Positions 37,740 to 51,870 of a stretch of DNA of 64,000 bases are shown here, one piece after another. Made by a program: the position numbers and the translations under genes. The stretch's first letter is position 1. Each line of letters starts with the position of its first letter. Under the pieces are notes generated by a model. That model searched no databases. It was not told the DNA's origin and saw only the letters and a program-made list of their open reading frames with translations. The stretch is taken from assembly GCF_036321535.1 (NCBI RefSeq), contig NC_087436.1, positions 25,794,001-25,858,000 of the forward strand. The letters are read 5' to 3'. Source of the DNA: Camelus dromedarius. Lineage: Eukaryota.

Positions 37740-37910
37740 ACCAAAGAGCAAGGGTCCTGAACTCAGCTTGCTTGGATTCAAACCCCAACTCCTTCACCTG
37801 TGTAAATTCGACTGACCACTTTACATTTCTGTGTCTTTGTGAACTGGTCTGTAAACTGGCGTAATGATATCTACTTTCTGGAGTTGTGTTAAGAGTAAAT
37901 AAGTTAAAAA
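37740..37910 (+). mobile_element. MIR SINE
   Basis: cttgcttggattcaaaccccaactcc...ctgtaaactggcgtaatgatatctac...gttgtgttaagagtaaataagttaa. Confidence 0.65.
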
Positions 37911-38108
37911 ACAACTTCATTTCACATAATGAAATTCCATATTTATTAACTATCACAGTTAGTATTATTTTCATTAAACAATTTAGTTGCATGTGCACCA
38001 CTGTACTGGAGAAGACAGGTAGGTAGCCATCACAAAAGAAAATGTAGCATGATCATTAAAGTTCTATGTGGTACATACAATACAACAGCATAAGCAGTGA
38101 TAAATAGT

Positions 38109-38558
38109 TGCTTGGGTTGAACTGTGGCCCTGTTAAAAGATATGGCTATGTTCTAACCCCTGGAAACTCTGTGTAAGCTTATTGAAGGGTTTTCGCAGAT
38201 GTCATTAAGTTAAGGATTTTGACATGAGATCACCTTGGCTTACTACAGTCGAGCGCTGCGTAATAGTGTCCTTATACTAAGACAGAGAATAGAAGGCACA
38301 GAAAAGAAAGCCACGTGGAGGCAGAGGCAGAGGCTGGAGCTCTGCCGCTGGAAGCTAACAAAAGCTTGGAGTCACCAGAAGCTGAAAGACACAAGCAAGA
38401 CAGGATTTTCTCCCTTGAGTCTTTGGAAGCGATCACAGCCTTGCCCATACATTGATTCAGGACTTCTGGCTTCCAAAACTGTAGGAGAATAAGTGTTTGT
38501 TGATGTAAGCCACCAAGTGTGCGATGATTTGTTACAGCTACCACAGGAATTTGATACA
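38109..38558 (+). mobile_element. MLT1 (B/C-like) MaLR solo LTR
   Basis: tgcttgggttgaactgtggccc...gcagatgtcattaagttaagg...acttctggcttccaaaactgtaggagaata...gttacagctaccacaggaatttgataca. Confidence 0.88.
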
Positions 38559-40242
38559 GTAGTAAATCTGGGGGTTCCTCCTTTCAGCACAGAGGGTATA
38601 TTACTCTTTGTTCTCTGTTTTCTTGCCCAAGTTAAAACTCAAGGCAGGCAATGGTTAACATTCAATTTCACAGGTTAGTAGGTGTATCTGCTAAATGTTT
38701 CTGATTAAACTGCCATCTGTGGCTATCACTGGACCCAGTTTAAAAGCTAGAAGTTGGAGGGTTTGTTTGGCCCACAACACGGCCTTGAAACTGTTCTTGG
38801 TTCAGTAAGTCAGCAGTAAAAGGTAGTGAGGCAGGCATATGGTAGGGGGGGATGAAGGTCGCTATCATCTACTTAAGAAGCTTTAGTACTCCAAGAGAAA
38901 TTGTGCTTTTATTAAAAGATTTTTATTTTCCCATAAGAAAGCCAAACATTTGTAAGTATGTTTCTAACCTGTTCTTGATCATTCTTTCCATCCAAAAATA
39001 AATTGTTCTGCTAAGAATATATGACATTTTTAGTTTGAAATTGGCTATTAATGTTGCTAAAAAAAAATGTGTTTAAGAAGCCAAGCTGAATAGATGTTAT
39101 GCATTAGATTTTTTAACTCATCATCACTCATATTAATATTTTTAATACATGTATATTACTCTCTGGATGCTCAAATGTAGAAGAAAAATCAATGTATGTC
39201 TCTTCTACACTTAAACAAACTATAGTTGAATTTGCCTAGGTGCATTATTGACAGAGGTTATTTGTAGAGTTAGGAACTGTGTTTCCCACAGCCCTGATCA
39301 ATTTGCTTTGACATAAAAACAAAGTTAAGAAGTCAGCGTGAATGCAGAAAGCCTATCTGTAAAAATAACTGTCGCAGCATCGCGGTTGTTTCCTTATGCA
39401 GCCTTGTATCTTAAAAGCTAATCTCTGGAACAGGATCTAGAAGAGCCAGTTTTCAAATTTTGTTCTTCACCAACATTAATTGTGGAAAGTATCAATATGC
39501 AATCCTGTGAAAGCATTCTAAATCATATTTAGAAGTAAATATGCTGCCATAAAGTCTTCAGGGTTGCTTTCAATTCATTATCATAGATTGTAAACTAATG
39601 TTTGATCTCTTCTCTTTATGTGTATTTTGTGTGCTTTATAAACAATAAAGAGAGTGGAAATGTTTTCTGCAATAAATACAGTATAAGGACACATCATACG
39701 TTTCAATAAATATTTGTTAAATAAATGATAAAAAGCAACCCAAGTGTCCATGCTGCACTTCAAACTAATTTAACGTACATATATGAATATAAATTTTAAT
39801 TTTTGGCATAAAATATAAGGTTACCAGAGAGGTTAAGATACAACTTTTATACAGAACATATTTTTTCATTTTACAACATCACCTAAAATCACAATTTGAG
39901 ATGGTATAGAAAAGCTTATGTATTTTCCTTTCCTTCCACTTTTATTTGTATTTTTACATTTTCTACAATAATTGTTATTAGTGAAAAAAAAATTTTTGTT
40001 TTTAAATCAGAGTCCATTCTATAATTCAATTAGATTGGATATTAAAACTTTAAAAGTAAAGAAGAAGGATAATACTTTTTCAATAACGTTAATTAAAGAT
40101 TTATGTTAATCTCTTACTTTTCAAATTAATACACTCTCACTTTTGTTTTTTAATCAAAGGATTAATTTCTGTTAAAACCACAGTCACATTTTTCCCATAT
40201 TTAAAATTGGGAATGCTATCAGTGTTTTTTTAAAAAAAAATT

Positions 40243-40382
40243 TTTGGGATGATGAAGTTTTGGAGGTAGATAGTGGTGATGGTTGCAGAACAATGTGAAT
40301 GTACCTAATGTCACTGAACGGCACACATAAAAATGATTAATACATTAAAATGTTATGTATATGTTATCACAGTAAAAAGAAA
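40243..40382 (+). mobile_element. L1MB-type 3' end fragment
   Basis: gatgatgaagttttggaggtagatagtggtgatggttgcagaacaatgtgaatgtacctaatgtcactgaac. Confidence 0.8.
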
Positions 40383-41579
40383 AGCTTATATCTCTTTATT
40401 CATCAGTTAAAAAAAATCAATATTAACAAAACTGCAGTCTCTTAATGGATCATGGCTTTTGCCCTCATGGGTGTTATAATACACTAGCAACACATAATAA
40501 GTAAGTAAGAGCAGAATTTTACAAAATTACTAAATTAGGTTTTCTTACTATTTTGAAACATCTATTCTCTGAAAAAATAATGCAATTTATAGATCATGTT
40601 TCTCAGAAAAAGGCACAAATTCTTAAGTTCTTAACGTAACACTCAAATTCAATATTTAATTTTAGCTAGTAGGTAATTTCAACAGAGGGCCTTCAAGATC
40701 TAATTATGAATGTTTGTGCTAAGAATTCTTTCCAAATGAGACAAAAATATACCCAGGCCAGAAAGTTGTGATTGCTATATGATTGAATATGCAGTATTTA
40801 TAACTCTAAAAGCAATGTGTCAATCAAAGGGGGTTAATCTTAGTTTGTAAGAAAAGGTGAACCAGTTAGGAAACACTAAACACAAAAAGAAATCACTCTT
40901 ACTCAAGAATTTCATCTCCCTTTTATGATGATGGATGTGTGGGGTATTCTTAACCTAATGGCACAGAACATTTTTGTTAGGCAACTTTACTCCTGCTCTG
41001 GGAATCTGTATTCAACAAACAAATTCCTGACTTTGAGCAGACTCCTCACGCAGATCGTCTGCATGGTACTAATGTACTTGCCAGATGATGTGACCAGTTT
41101 CATTCCCTTAGAAATATATAGTTCTAGAAGTCTGTGTATAAATCTTACCCTGATAGTTCTTGCCAGTTTCATAACACAGAGACTAGACAATATTTATATC
41201 AGATTGCAAGCTGAGGTAATGTTTTCTCCAAACGACCTTTCAGCTTCTTTGCTACCCAAGGCCATTCCCCGTTCCTGAACCCTAGGTTCTATAAGACTCA
41301 GGAAAATGGGGAAACTATAGGTTACCTTTCAAATTGTTATTAGAAAAGGTAGTATGAACTCCCCAGCAAGATGTTATTCTACATTATGAACAAAAGGTTC
41401 TATGTAAAATCATGTGGAAAACATACTCTGGCCTAAGAAATTCACATCTCAGTTTGTTCTTTTTTTTTTTTTTAATAAAATAAATCTGCATTTAAAAAGA
41501 CCTATATATTTAGTGTAATAATCTAAAATATTAATATTAGTATTGACAACAAGGAACCTAATGTATTATTCTCTACGGG

Positions 41580-41800
41580 CAGAAGAGTGTTAAGAATGAG
41601 CATCAGGGCTCATGTTTAAATTCCAGCCTAGAAGTCAGACTATTTTTAAATTGCAGCCTAGAAGAAATTACTTATCTTCTCTGTGTTTATATTTCCTTAC
41701 GGAGATAATGTTATTTGCCACATACACTTATGAGTACTGCACATATAAAGTACTTAGAATAATTTCCAGGACATAATAAGTACTCAGTAATTGCCTATTA
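41580..41800 (+). mobile_element. MIR SINE
   Basis: gtgttaagaatgagc...ttacttatcttctctgtg...taaagtacttagaataatttccaggacataataagtactcagtaa. Confidence 0.7.
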
Positions 41801-42436
41801 ACTAATTGACATGTCATTTTTGGATTTATCCAAAAGTCTACTACCCTACTCTGTCCCAGAGTTTCAGCTGTGAATATCTTTTGTATATGCTAGAAAGTAT
41901 ATGCTAGAAGAAAACTTATGAAATCTACTAGAGAATTTGCAACTGTAATTTTAGCCATTTTTACAACTTATATTTAACTGTATCAATAACTGTTCACTTA
42001 ACAAATCTAGCAAAATCCCAAAATAATAAATCAATATTGCCTTTCTATAAGATGCCACAGTGACCATACATTTGCTTGAAATTTTCTAAGTTTTATATTA
42101 TTTTTCTAAATTTAACTACACTTTAAGACAAGCAATTTCTAATAAGCCAGAATCTTGAGAGTTATGTTCCTGGATCTTCTTTTTTTTTTTTACTAATATT
42201 TCTGTTCTCACTGAATTTTGAAGTAAGAGTAAGACTGAGGATTTGCCTCTCCTCCTCCTCCTCTTGCCTTGTCTTCTTGGAACCAGATTACACAGTTTGT
42301 ATATCCTGTCTTAAAATCTTTAAAAAACAAAAATCCTTTTGTAAAGTCATGTGTGCCATGGTTCTTTAACATTATAAACCTGCTATGGCTGCTGGAATGG
42401 TTTATCATGAAAAGAAAAGAAGTGCTTTTGGCATAT

Positions 42437-42663
<227 letters not shown>

Positions 42664-44859
42664 CAAGAAAAACAAGAGAAGAAAACTCCTGCGCTCACAA
42701 ATAGGCTATTGTAGAACTAGAGCTTAAGAAGGCACTGCTATTAGGTATATTTCATAATATGAAAAGACAGGCTGATTTGGGTCCCCTCGCCTAATGGGAT
42801 CAATCCTGTCAGTGCCATTTATTTGCAATCCCCTGTGATTTCTGTATCCCACAACCCTTTTGCATGAAAATGAACTATAAAGGCCATCAAAACACCTGCT
42901 TTTCTGACAAGACCGATTAATGCCTTGATTTATCCCTCAGTGTGTGAGCTAGTCTGCTGCTACAAGGGCCTTGGGTTGGCATATCATTCATCAGACTTTG
43001 AAGGTCTTCTTTTCTCTGTCCCAGAGTTTCAGCTGTGAATATCTTTTGTATATGTTAGAAAGTTCTGTTAACACCAGAACACTCAGTACAGCTGGAAGCC
43101 AATGTTTCTAATCAACAGCCATTCAGGTATTTTAACTTATTAAGTGATTGTAAACTATTGAACTAATTTGAAAGGCTTCCACCCAGATACTTAGGAGTGC
43201 ATGTTTCATCACCTGATTTAACCTCAAGAACCCAGAAAAAGAAAACAGACAGCTTTCTATAGTTTACTTCAAATTCATTTCCTTTGTATTCTTCCAAAGT
43301 TTGTATTTGTCATTTTTTACTTGTATTATAATTATAAGCAGGCATGCTTAACAGTGATGTTCACATCGCTGAAGCAGAACATGGTACTCTCTGAGTTTCC
43401 GGACACAGGGCAAGGAACGCTCCCTTCAGCCTACTCCTCCTTTCCTAAGGAAAAGGAATACATCCATGATGCCATTAAACCAGGGCAGCATATTGACATA
43501 ACAGGATATATAGTTGCAGAGTTCAGTAAGATAAGCTAATCTTGGGGGAAAAAAATCAATGAATGTACTTGGATTCAGAAGACACTGCCTGGCAAGATGC
43601 CTTTTCCCACTGTCATACTTAAAAGAGCAAATCTGTTTTGTCTTTCCTAATCGAACTGTTTATATGCATTTCTTTTCAGGAGACTTGGGAAACATTCTTT
43701 CCCCGCACTTAACTACAAAATCTTTCAAGTCTTTTTTTTTAAGGAATTTGGTACTTGAGGCCGTAACACTTCAGCCTAAATAAGTTGGAAAAATTATTTC
43801 ATGAATGCTTTACAAATCTGAGTGCTTTATTTGCTGTAAAAGATGAGGCTTCCATACAATGATGGTGCCAAATGATACAGTCATTAGAAAGACAGCTACG
43901 GTGGAAAGCTGGAAAGAAAGCTATAGAAGGAGAAAGAAGTTTTAAACCTTATTAAAGAAATGAATATCTAGGAGGACACACTTCAGGCTGCAGGTAATGC
44001 TAAGTGGTCAGCCTCAACATAACAGTGATAAAACTCTTGGTATTTCTTTCTGTTCCAAGAACACACAATCCCCACTACAGTATGACAAAACTGAGGATAA
44101 AACTTCAGTGATTTGCCACAACATGGCAAACCAGGATTGTAAAACCAGCTGAGCTCCAAAGCTATTTTTTTTCCATCCTACCCCTCAGCAACGAACAGTT
44201 TAGACAAAGACATGTCTTTGGAGAAGTCAAGTAGTTAAAGTTCAGAGATTGCATTTTTCAGCTTTTAGAAAGTACCAGCGCTCACAGTTTCCAAAGATAC
44301 TGCAGCTGGTCCTATTCCTGCAAATGTGCGTTTCTGCTGAGAATTTGGCTCTACTCCAGGAACTCGCACAGATAAAACCGAAGACCTAGGTACAGTCTTC
44401 GCTTCAAGTCAGTTCAAAGGCCTGAGGGGACATCCAGTTTGTGCTGTATTTATGGTTAGTCAAAATGACCTGGTTTAAAGTACCCTGCAGCATCCTAGCA
44501 GGATGTACTTTGTGAGGATTAATAAGTCAAAAAAAATAAAAACAAAAAAAGCTTCCCTTCTTTTTTGCTTTGTTTCATATTGAATTAGCAGTAAACAAAT
44601 AACAGGTTTGCTACAAAATCATTTGTGGGATTCCTTTGTAGCTAAGTCAAAGAGAATTACTTGTAACCAAAAGCGAAAGATTGGCTAAAAGTATGAATCT
44701 CCTTGCATCTGAAAGCCTAAAGACATTTTTTGATATAAAAGAAACTGGAGTTAATCAAAATCTGGTGATGTTAGTGAAATCAAAGTATTAGTATTAGCAG
44801 ATTAGTTGACATGAAAAGCCAAATCAAGTTTCTCTTAGGAAAGGAGAATGCATCCACAG

Positions 44860-45075
44860 TTGTTTAGAGCTTGACTCAAATAGGAGAATGGGTGTGATTC
44901 CCAGCTCTGCCCCTACTATTAATAAGACCTTGACCTGGTTATTGAATCACTCTGGTCCTCAATGTTCTCACCTGTAAATAAAGATCACAGTAGGACCCAC
45001 TTTAAATAGATAATTTTAATAGATGCAAGGTGCCTGTCTCACAGGAAACATTCTGCAAAAGTTACCTATTATTGT
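44860..45075 (+). mobile_element. MIR SINE
   Basis: gattcccagctctgcccctacta...accttgacctggttattgaatcactctggtcctcaatgttctcacctgtaaa. Confidence 0.7.
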
Positions 45076-46796
45076 TACAAATACAAATTAATACTTAGTA
45101 ATTAAGGAAAAAGATTTAAACCTCATTTTTGAAGTTGAAGAAGCTAAGACAATGTTGGGGAATAACAAGAGAGAAATTAAACAGATCCAGTTTACTCTAA
45201 ACCTCTTTGTGAGAGTGCTCTTTCTAACATATTTTAATACCCTAGGTTAAGATACAAATGAGGGACAACAATGCTTTTTCATGAACACACTTTCATGCTC
45301 ATTAATATGCTTAACAATGCCATTTGTCACTAACAGGCTGGTGAGTATTATTTAATAATTATATGTTTACAGTAAAATGAAGTATATAACATTATGCTAT
45401 ATTATAAAGGAGAGTTAGTATCATTGAATCTATGGATAAAAATCAGAAGATTTGGGTTCTGCTAACATTTATTTTTTGCCTTTAGTTACTAGTCTTAAAA
45501 GTGTATTTTCTTTATAATTTATAAATTGATCTACAATATCACAAACATACAATGAAGATTAAATTTAATCTGCACAAATCTTTGAAAATATCTATTAATA
45601 TTTTTATGCTTTTTTATATAAGGTGTATTTTTATTGAAATGGCAATGAATTTTCACCAATATGCATTTAGAAGACAAGGAAATTAGACAATAAGAAAAAA
45701 ATTCACCAAATTAATATTTTGGTGTATTTCCTTCCAGTTGTTTCTAGAATAAGTGGCTATTTTTTTGTAATCATATGTAATTACACGTTTTGTTTATACA
45801 AGAAGATGATGCTGAAAATATCCCAAACAATACTATTTACACATCTCTTTTCCCTGTGTTTGATACACATTTGCACCCCAGGGACGCAGCATGGCACTCA
45901 TAAAGGTTTACTGAAAGGCACTACATTAAAGGTCATTTAGTTCACCCTTCTGCCTACGTACGAAGCCATAGTGAAATAGTTTTATCAATAAATGACTCAG
46001 CAGATTTTTTCATTCCATAATCATTTGGAAATCTTAATTTAGAAAAAGCAGTCTTTGCTATCGAAGATTCAAAAACAGTTTTAATGGTTTAGGCCTTCAA
46101 AAAATCTTTATCTCTAAGAGATGAGATAGCTGTTGCTCTACTGTATGTAGTAGATTTTTAAATATTTTCTAATTATTATTGTTTGGACTGAATGAAGCAA
46201 CAGGGTTATAAGGCTCATATGCAGTTCAAACTTTATTTAGAATTTTACTACAGTGGTCATTCTAGTACATGAAATAGATTAAAGACAACAGCTTCTTAAC
46301 ACACAACGAGGGTTAGAATTCTGGTTCTGTCATTGCGTGACCATGGGCACATTTTATGCCTCAGTTTATCTCCTAAGGTAGAGAAAGAGTGATACTATTG
46401 AAACACAAAAGATACTAAAGCAAATAAATAAAATTGCTATGCTTCAGGAATTTTCTAAAATATTAAAAGTTATAAAAAATTGAGCTCATGTGCTTGTTTG
46501 TTTTCTTCTGGGGGAATACTGTTTGGGCAAAGTTGCTTTGTAAAGGGATGGGCCTCATCATGTAGAACTTTCATACTGATTGGATGCAACTGTGAGTTGC
46601 CTTAAAGTAGGAGCAGGATCCCAAATACTACTAGCGCCTGCAAGTAGTGGAAATTTAAGAATTAATGTTTACATGAACGAACCAGCCAATTAATGTGGCT
46701 GATTAGAAGGAAGAATTGCCCTTTTGGCCACAAACATTAATAGGGTGTGTATCAAGGAAAATAAAAGTAAAATAAACCCATCTCCATCTTCTAGAG

Positions 46797-47009
46797 CAGG
46801 GTTTGGTAAACTTTTTCTGTAAAGGGTCAGGTAGAAAATCATACCTGCTTTGCGGCCCATTATTAAGTCTGTTGCAATGACTCAACTTTAACGTTGTGCA
46901 AAAGCAGCCACAGATGATGCAAAAATGAATGAGTGATGCTGTGTTACAATACATCACATTTATGAAAACAGCCAGTGGTCTGGATTTGGTTGTAGTTTTC
47001 TGACCCCTG
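46797..47009 (+). mobile_element. MER58-like hAT-Charlie MITE
   Basis: TIRs cagggtttggtaaactt ... tagttttctgacccctg; internal tctgtaaagggtcag and aaagcagccacaga; degenerate 8-bp flanks ttctagag/ttcttggt. Confidence 0.85.
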
Positions 47010-47199
47010 TTCTTGGTAACAGTTAACCTTCTCTGATGCTAAACAAACTCAATTTGTAGAAAATCCAGCTAAGGTACCCACTCTCAACCTTAGAGAGCTA
47101 GACTTGTTTATGTCACTGAATAACAGAGAAAAAATAAAAAAACAACTGTATAACCATGGAATCACTGATACTGAAAGCTTTTCTACCTAATCTGTCACC

Positions 47200-47875
47200 A
47201 CCCTCTGTTATATCCCTTAAAGAGCGATCCAACACCCTGATTAGCGTTGCTGTTATATTTCACTTGGATAACGTATAAAACTGACCCCCACTGGCTTCTC
47301 CATACCTAATCTGTACTCTTATAACCCACTCTCCACTATGTAGTCACAGAAGCCTTTCAAAATCTGTCAGCTGCTCAAAGTAGTTCAAAGCCTTGCAATT
47401 ACTCTTAACACAAAGGCAACATTCTTAACCTTGCCTGAGAGACTCTACGTGGTCTATGTTTAATCACTCCTCTTGCTTAATTTTTGCTGTCATTTTTTTC
47501 CCGCTCCAGCCACAGCAGAATTACTTAGATTTCTTGTGCCCACTCTACTCCTTTGTAGCTCCCGTTCCTTCTACCATATAGGCTTTCCACTCCCTTCTTA
47601 GTAGATTCCTTAATATAGTTGATCAGCATTACCTGACTTTCTTAGTCACATCAAATTCCCAGAGGTACCTTTCCTCTACCACAACTGCAAAGTACAATGT
47701 GTAGTTTATTTCAGAGGTGACTGGATTGGTTCTTTCTATACAACCTGACTGTAAGTGCCAGTCATGCCATGCCATGCCATGAAGGTACAGGCAATGTTTG
47801 TTTTCTTTCCTGTTGCATACCCAGAGCCTAGCAGAGGGCGTGACAAATAGTACATGCTCAGTATTTGTTGAAAAA
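47200..47875 (+). mobile_element. L2 LINE 3' region
   Basis: Pyrimidine-rich decayed sequence ending cccagagcctagcagagggcgtgacaaatagtacatgctcagtatttgttgaa, matching the L2 3' terminus. Confidence 0.7.
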
Positions 47876-49345
47876 AAAGAAAGAAAAGTAAATGAAACAG
47901 CAGGCTCTACTTCCCTAAAATAAGCTATAAATTAAGAAATTCCCAATTTGAAAATGTGGGGAAAGGAAGGATAAGAGAGAAAAGTGAAGAAATTTATCCC
48001 AAATATCATTTTTAACAACTGACTTAGCAAGTATTTCTGTCCTTTGGTTATATTTTTTTCATCATAAAGTGGATTGCATGTACGATTCTCTTTGTACAAT
48101 ACAAACAATTTTAATATAGTTCAAAATTGTGCTTTTTACTGATACTTGATAATTAAGTTGATAATTATGTTGCTATTTCATTTCTCATTATACAGGTTCT
48201 AGATCTACAACATATGGTTATAAATATTTGTATACTTCCACTGTGGACAGATTTTAATATGCCATCACTCCTAGTTTTCAGTGCTTTATAACAAACTTCA
48301 GAGGAACTCTGCTCAGTCCTTTGCAAGTATCATTAAACTAGAAACTAACTTGTAAGAATGTGTTAGTTTGAGTTAATGTCTGTCACATAAGATGTGACAG
48401 TGACTTCTTCAGAACAGTAACAGCATCAACAACAACAAAAGCACCAGTTTCTTTAAGACTTGAAAAGCTGATGAGGGTATGAAACAGCACAAGACCGAGA
48501 GAAAGAGCAGCACTTTTATAAATATCATTCAGTTCATGAAGAATGAGACAGTTCAGTTCCTCAAGGCACTAAAATGTCTAACTGATTAAATTCATATTCT
48601 CTCTTTTTGTTGTTTTCTTTCTACTTTAGCAGTTTATTCTTTAACATGTGACATTATATAGAATACACAAGGTCAATCTAGTTTGAATTCAGAAACCCAT
48701 TACTACAGTGTTTGCTGCACCTTTATTTGCTCACAAATCCTAATAACTACTACTTGTCCATAGGAAGGTAACTGACTATGAGAATATATTTAAAAGTTTG
48801 AAAGTACACTTCAGATATTAAAATGTCTTTCCAAAGAGAATGTGAATTCACTTATGATTTGGAGGGTAATTTTCTTTAGAAAGTTAAAATGGGGAAAAAA
48901 CCTTCACTTTGTTAAGCAGTTGTACAAACAAGAAACATAAGATTTAAAAGACTCATAAAAAGTTGCTAATTTGACTAATTATTAACTCAGAGAGTAAAGA
49001 AATTAGTGATAGTCTCTGTAGATAAGAATTATTGAGATTTCTTTTCAGAAAATAATATTTCTTAGAACCAAACAATAGAATCAAGTGAAAGTGTCATAAA
49101 ATTGTTTAAGGATTGGAATTCCCAGGGAAAGAATGAATATTAGTTTGAATTTAATTTATCCGTTTGGTCATAGGACTGCATTTCAAATCAGGAATTATAA
49201 AATAATCTGGGAGTTAACTTAGAAAATAAATGAGACAAATCAACTTTGCTCAGTTTACTGTCCTTAGTCTAAAGTTCTGGAGTTAAACTTCAGTTGCCTT
49301 ATTTCATATATTGAAAGTTTTAGAGTCATCACACACAAAAAGTAC

Positions 49346-49863
49346 TGTGACTGAAGAAAAACACACAACCTAAAATTTGCGAGTTAAGTTTTATTCAGGG
49401 AGCATACTGAGGACTATAGCCTGGGACACAGCCTCTCAGCTAGCTCTGAGGAACTGCTCAGAAGAGGTAAGGGAGGAGCCAGGATACACAGGAAGTTCTT
49501 GCTGGGGAAAAAAAGAAAAGAAAAAAAAAAACCCCACGTAGTTGAAAATCAAAAGATTGTTGCTAGTCACAAAGAACAGATATCTCAAGTTAAAGATTTT
49601 AGTGCTTTTCTATGTACAGGAAGATGCAAGAGTCTGGGCTCACTGAAATTATCCTTAGATATGCATCTTAACTATCTAGAGCCAGTATGCAAAACATCGA
49701 ATGCTTCCTGTTTTTCTGCATCCTGAATTCCCTTCAGGGTCCTTTGTGGTGAGGAAGGCAGGGGGAGGCTACAGTGGCTGGTGGCTTGATTCTTGTAGAA
49801 CTGGAATGGCTGGCAAAATTCTTCATTTACAGGAATGGCAGGCAACATTCCCTTTCCACAATA
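49346..49863 (-). mobile_element. ERV1 solo LTR (MER34/MER39-like, laurasiatherian type)
   Basis: tgtgactgaag...cacaacctaaaatttgcgagttaagttttatt (minus AATAAA)...aagatgcaagagtctgggctcactgaaat. Possible TSD gtac/gtaa. Confidence 0.8.
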
Positions 49864-50123
49864 GTAAATATCTAGTCATCCTTGAAAATAATAACCTGTC
49901 TAACTGACAAAACACAGGGAAAATCCAAACTCTCAGTAGAAACTGATTTGCCTCTGTTAATACCAAATGCCTTCTATTTTCATTGTTTCTTGAAAGGCTT
50001 TAAACTTTCTGAAAAAGAAATGCCCTTGTAAACAACTCCAAAGTTCAATGATAATATCCCATTGTTGTTTAACAAGGACAGTGTAAGTATGGAACAAACA
50101 AACAAACAGATCAGAAGCCAAAC

Positions 50124-50478
50124 TGTTAAAGTAATCAAAAAGGAAGTTATTAGTCTGAGGTGGCTCTAATACTTTGGTACCCTGAGGGAGCAAACTGAAA
50201 CTTAAACCAGAGTCAATTCCTGTAAAAGCCTCAAGGCTGAGAAGAACAACCAATCACAAAAGCCAACTAGGCTATCCAGAATCATGCAACCCCTTAATCT
50301 ACAGCCAATCAAATAATTACCTTGCTGTGCTTTTGCGTCTTCTCTATAAACACCTTGCCCTAACTCCTGTTGGTGGAACACCATGAACCACTTCCAGTTT
50401 GGCACTGGCTGGCTGGAATCAATCTTTGCTTAAATAAACACCAAATTTTTTTAATGTGCCTCAATTTATCTTTTAACA
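50124..50478 (+). mobile_element. ERV1 solo LTR (MER57/MER93-like)
   Basis: tgttaaa...ttttaaca termini, two CCAAT boxes, TATAAA, AATAAA; flanks aaac/gaac. Confidence 0.8.
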
Positions 50479-50539
50479 GAACCAAAGCCTACATCCCTGG
50501 GAATAATAAAAACGAGTAAGTCATTTTCAATTATAATAA

Positions 50540-51390
50540 GTTCAACATCCCCAAATCCAAGGGCACTTTTTATTTCCAACCTCACCTGATATTTATACTG
50601 CACTTGGCAGTATTAACCACTCCCTCTTTGAAACCCTGCCCTTGGCTTCATGACACTGGCTAGCGTGACTCTCCTGCACCTCTCAGCTGCTCTTTGTCAA
50701 GGGGCTTGTTCAGCTCACTCTCCTCTAGCCAACTTTTAAATGTTGGAAATTCTCAGAATTTAGCCTTAATCCATACTACCTGTATCTCTTACTTCTCCCA
50801 CTGTGTTTGCAATTTTGTCTCCCTACGCCCACTGACTCCAAACCTCTCCCACAGTTCCTCAATTCTTTTTCAACCCAAATCTGATGAGATCCCTCCTCTA
50901 CTCAAAACCTTTGAAAAGCTGATCATTACTTTGAGGTAAAAGAACATCACCTTTTAAAGGGTCTAAATGCACCTTATTATCTAGCCCTTGCTTCTCTCTC
51001 CAGTATCATTTTATGCAGCTCCTTCGTTCCCAGGGCAAAATGTCACTTATTTGCCTTATTTTGATTCTTCAAACACACTTCTTCCTGCTTCAGGGTCTTA
51101 ACACATGCTGTCCTCTACCTGAAAGGCTTCCTCATGCTTTAGTTTATTAGCTGTCGATTTATCATTCTGAAACCAGATGATGCAATACTTCCTCCTGGAG
51201 GACTTATCTATCCTCTGAACGATCTAAGACCCTACGTCCTTTTTTTTTCATGGTACTTAACACTTTTGATAGTCATGCATTGATTTACATAAGTATTTTA
51301 ATGAATGTTTTTCTCTCTTCCTACACTGATGCATCTTTGTATCTCCAGGCCCTCCCTGAAGGCTAGATGAGTACTGGCTGAATAATTGGA
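50540..51390 (+). mobile_element. L2 LINE fragment
   Basis: ccccaaatccaagggcacttt...cttggcttcatgacac...cctctactcaaaaccttt...tgcttcagggtcttaacacatgctgtcctctacctgaaa. Confidence 0.75.
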
Positions 51391-51409
51391 GCAGATGACA
51401 ACCTTTATA

Positions 51410-51870
51410 TTGTTAAAGCTCACAACAATCCTCTGGGGGGTGGGGGAGGTATTTCTATTGTTTTCATTTTACCAAGAGGAATCTGAAATGGGCAGAAGTA
51501 AACAGTCTTGTTTATGCTCACAATGAGCAACTTGAACCTGACAACAACAGGACACTGTAACCACAACAGCTCTCCATCTCCCAATACATCCAGGTTTTTC
51601 GTGGAGCAAATGAGTAAATGTCAAGGCAGCACAGTACAAGGAGTCAAGTCAAAGGCTCCTGGGCTAAACAGAGCTGGCTTTGAATTTGATTGAGCCATTT
51701 GCTTGCTCTATGATTTCAGGCAAGTCATTTCATTCCTTTAGGAATTGATTTCCTCATCTATGAAATTGAGTTGATAATAATGGCAATCTTATAACATAAC
51801 TGTGGCAATTAAGTGACATAATAAATACAAGGCATGGTGAAGGGCACCTACAGGCTCAATAATGGTACTC
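51410..51870. mobile_element. Two MIRs in opposite orientation (minus ~51410-51570; plus ~51625-51870)
   Basis: cacaacaatcctctg...cattttaccaagaggaatctga (minus core); caggcaagtcatttc...tttcctcatctatgaaattgagttgataata (plus core). Confidence 0.65.
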
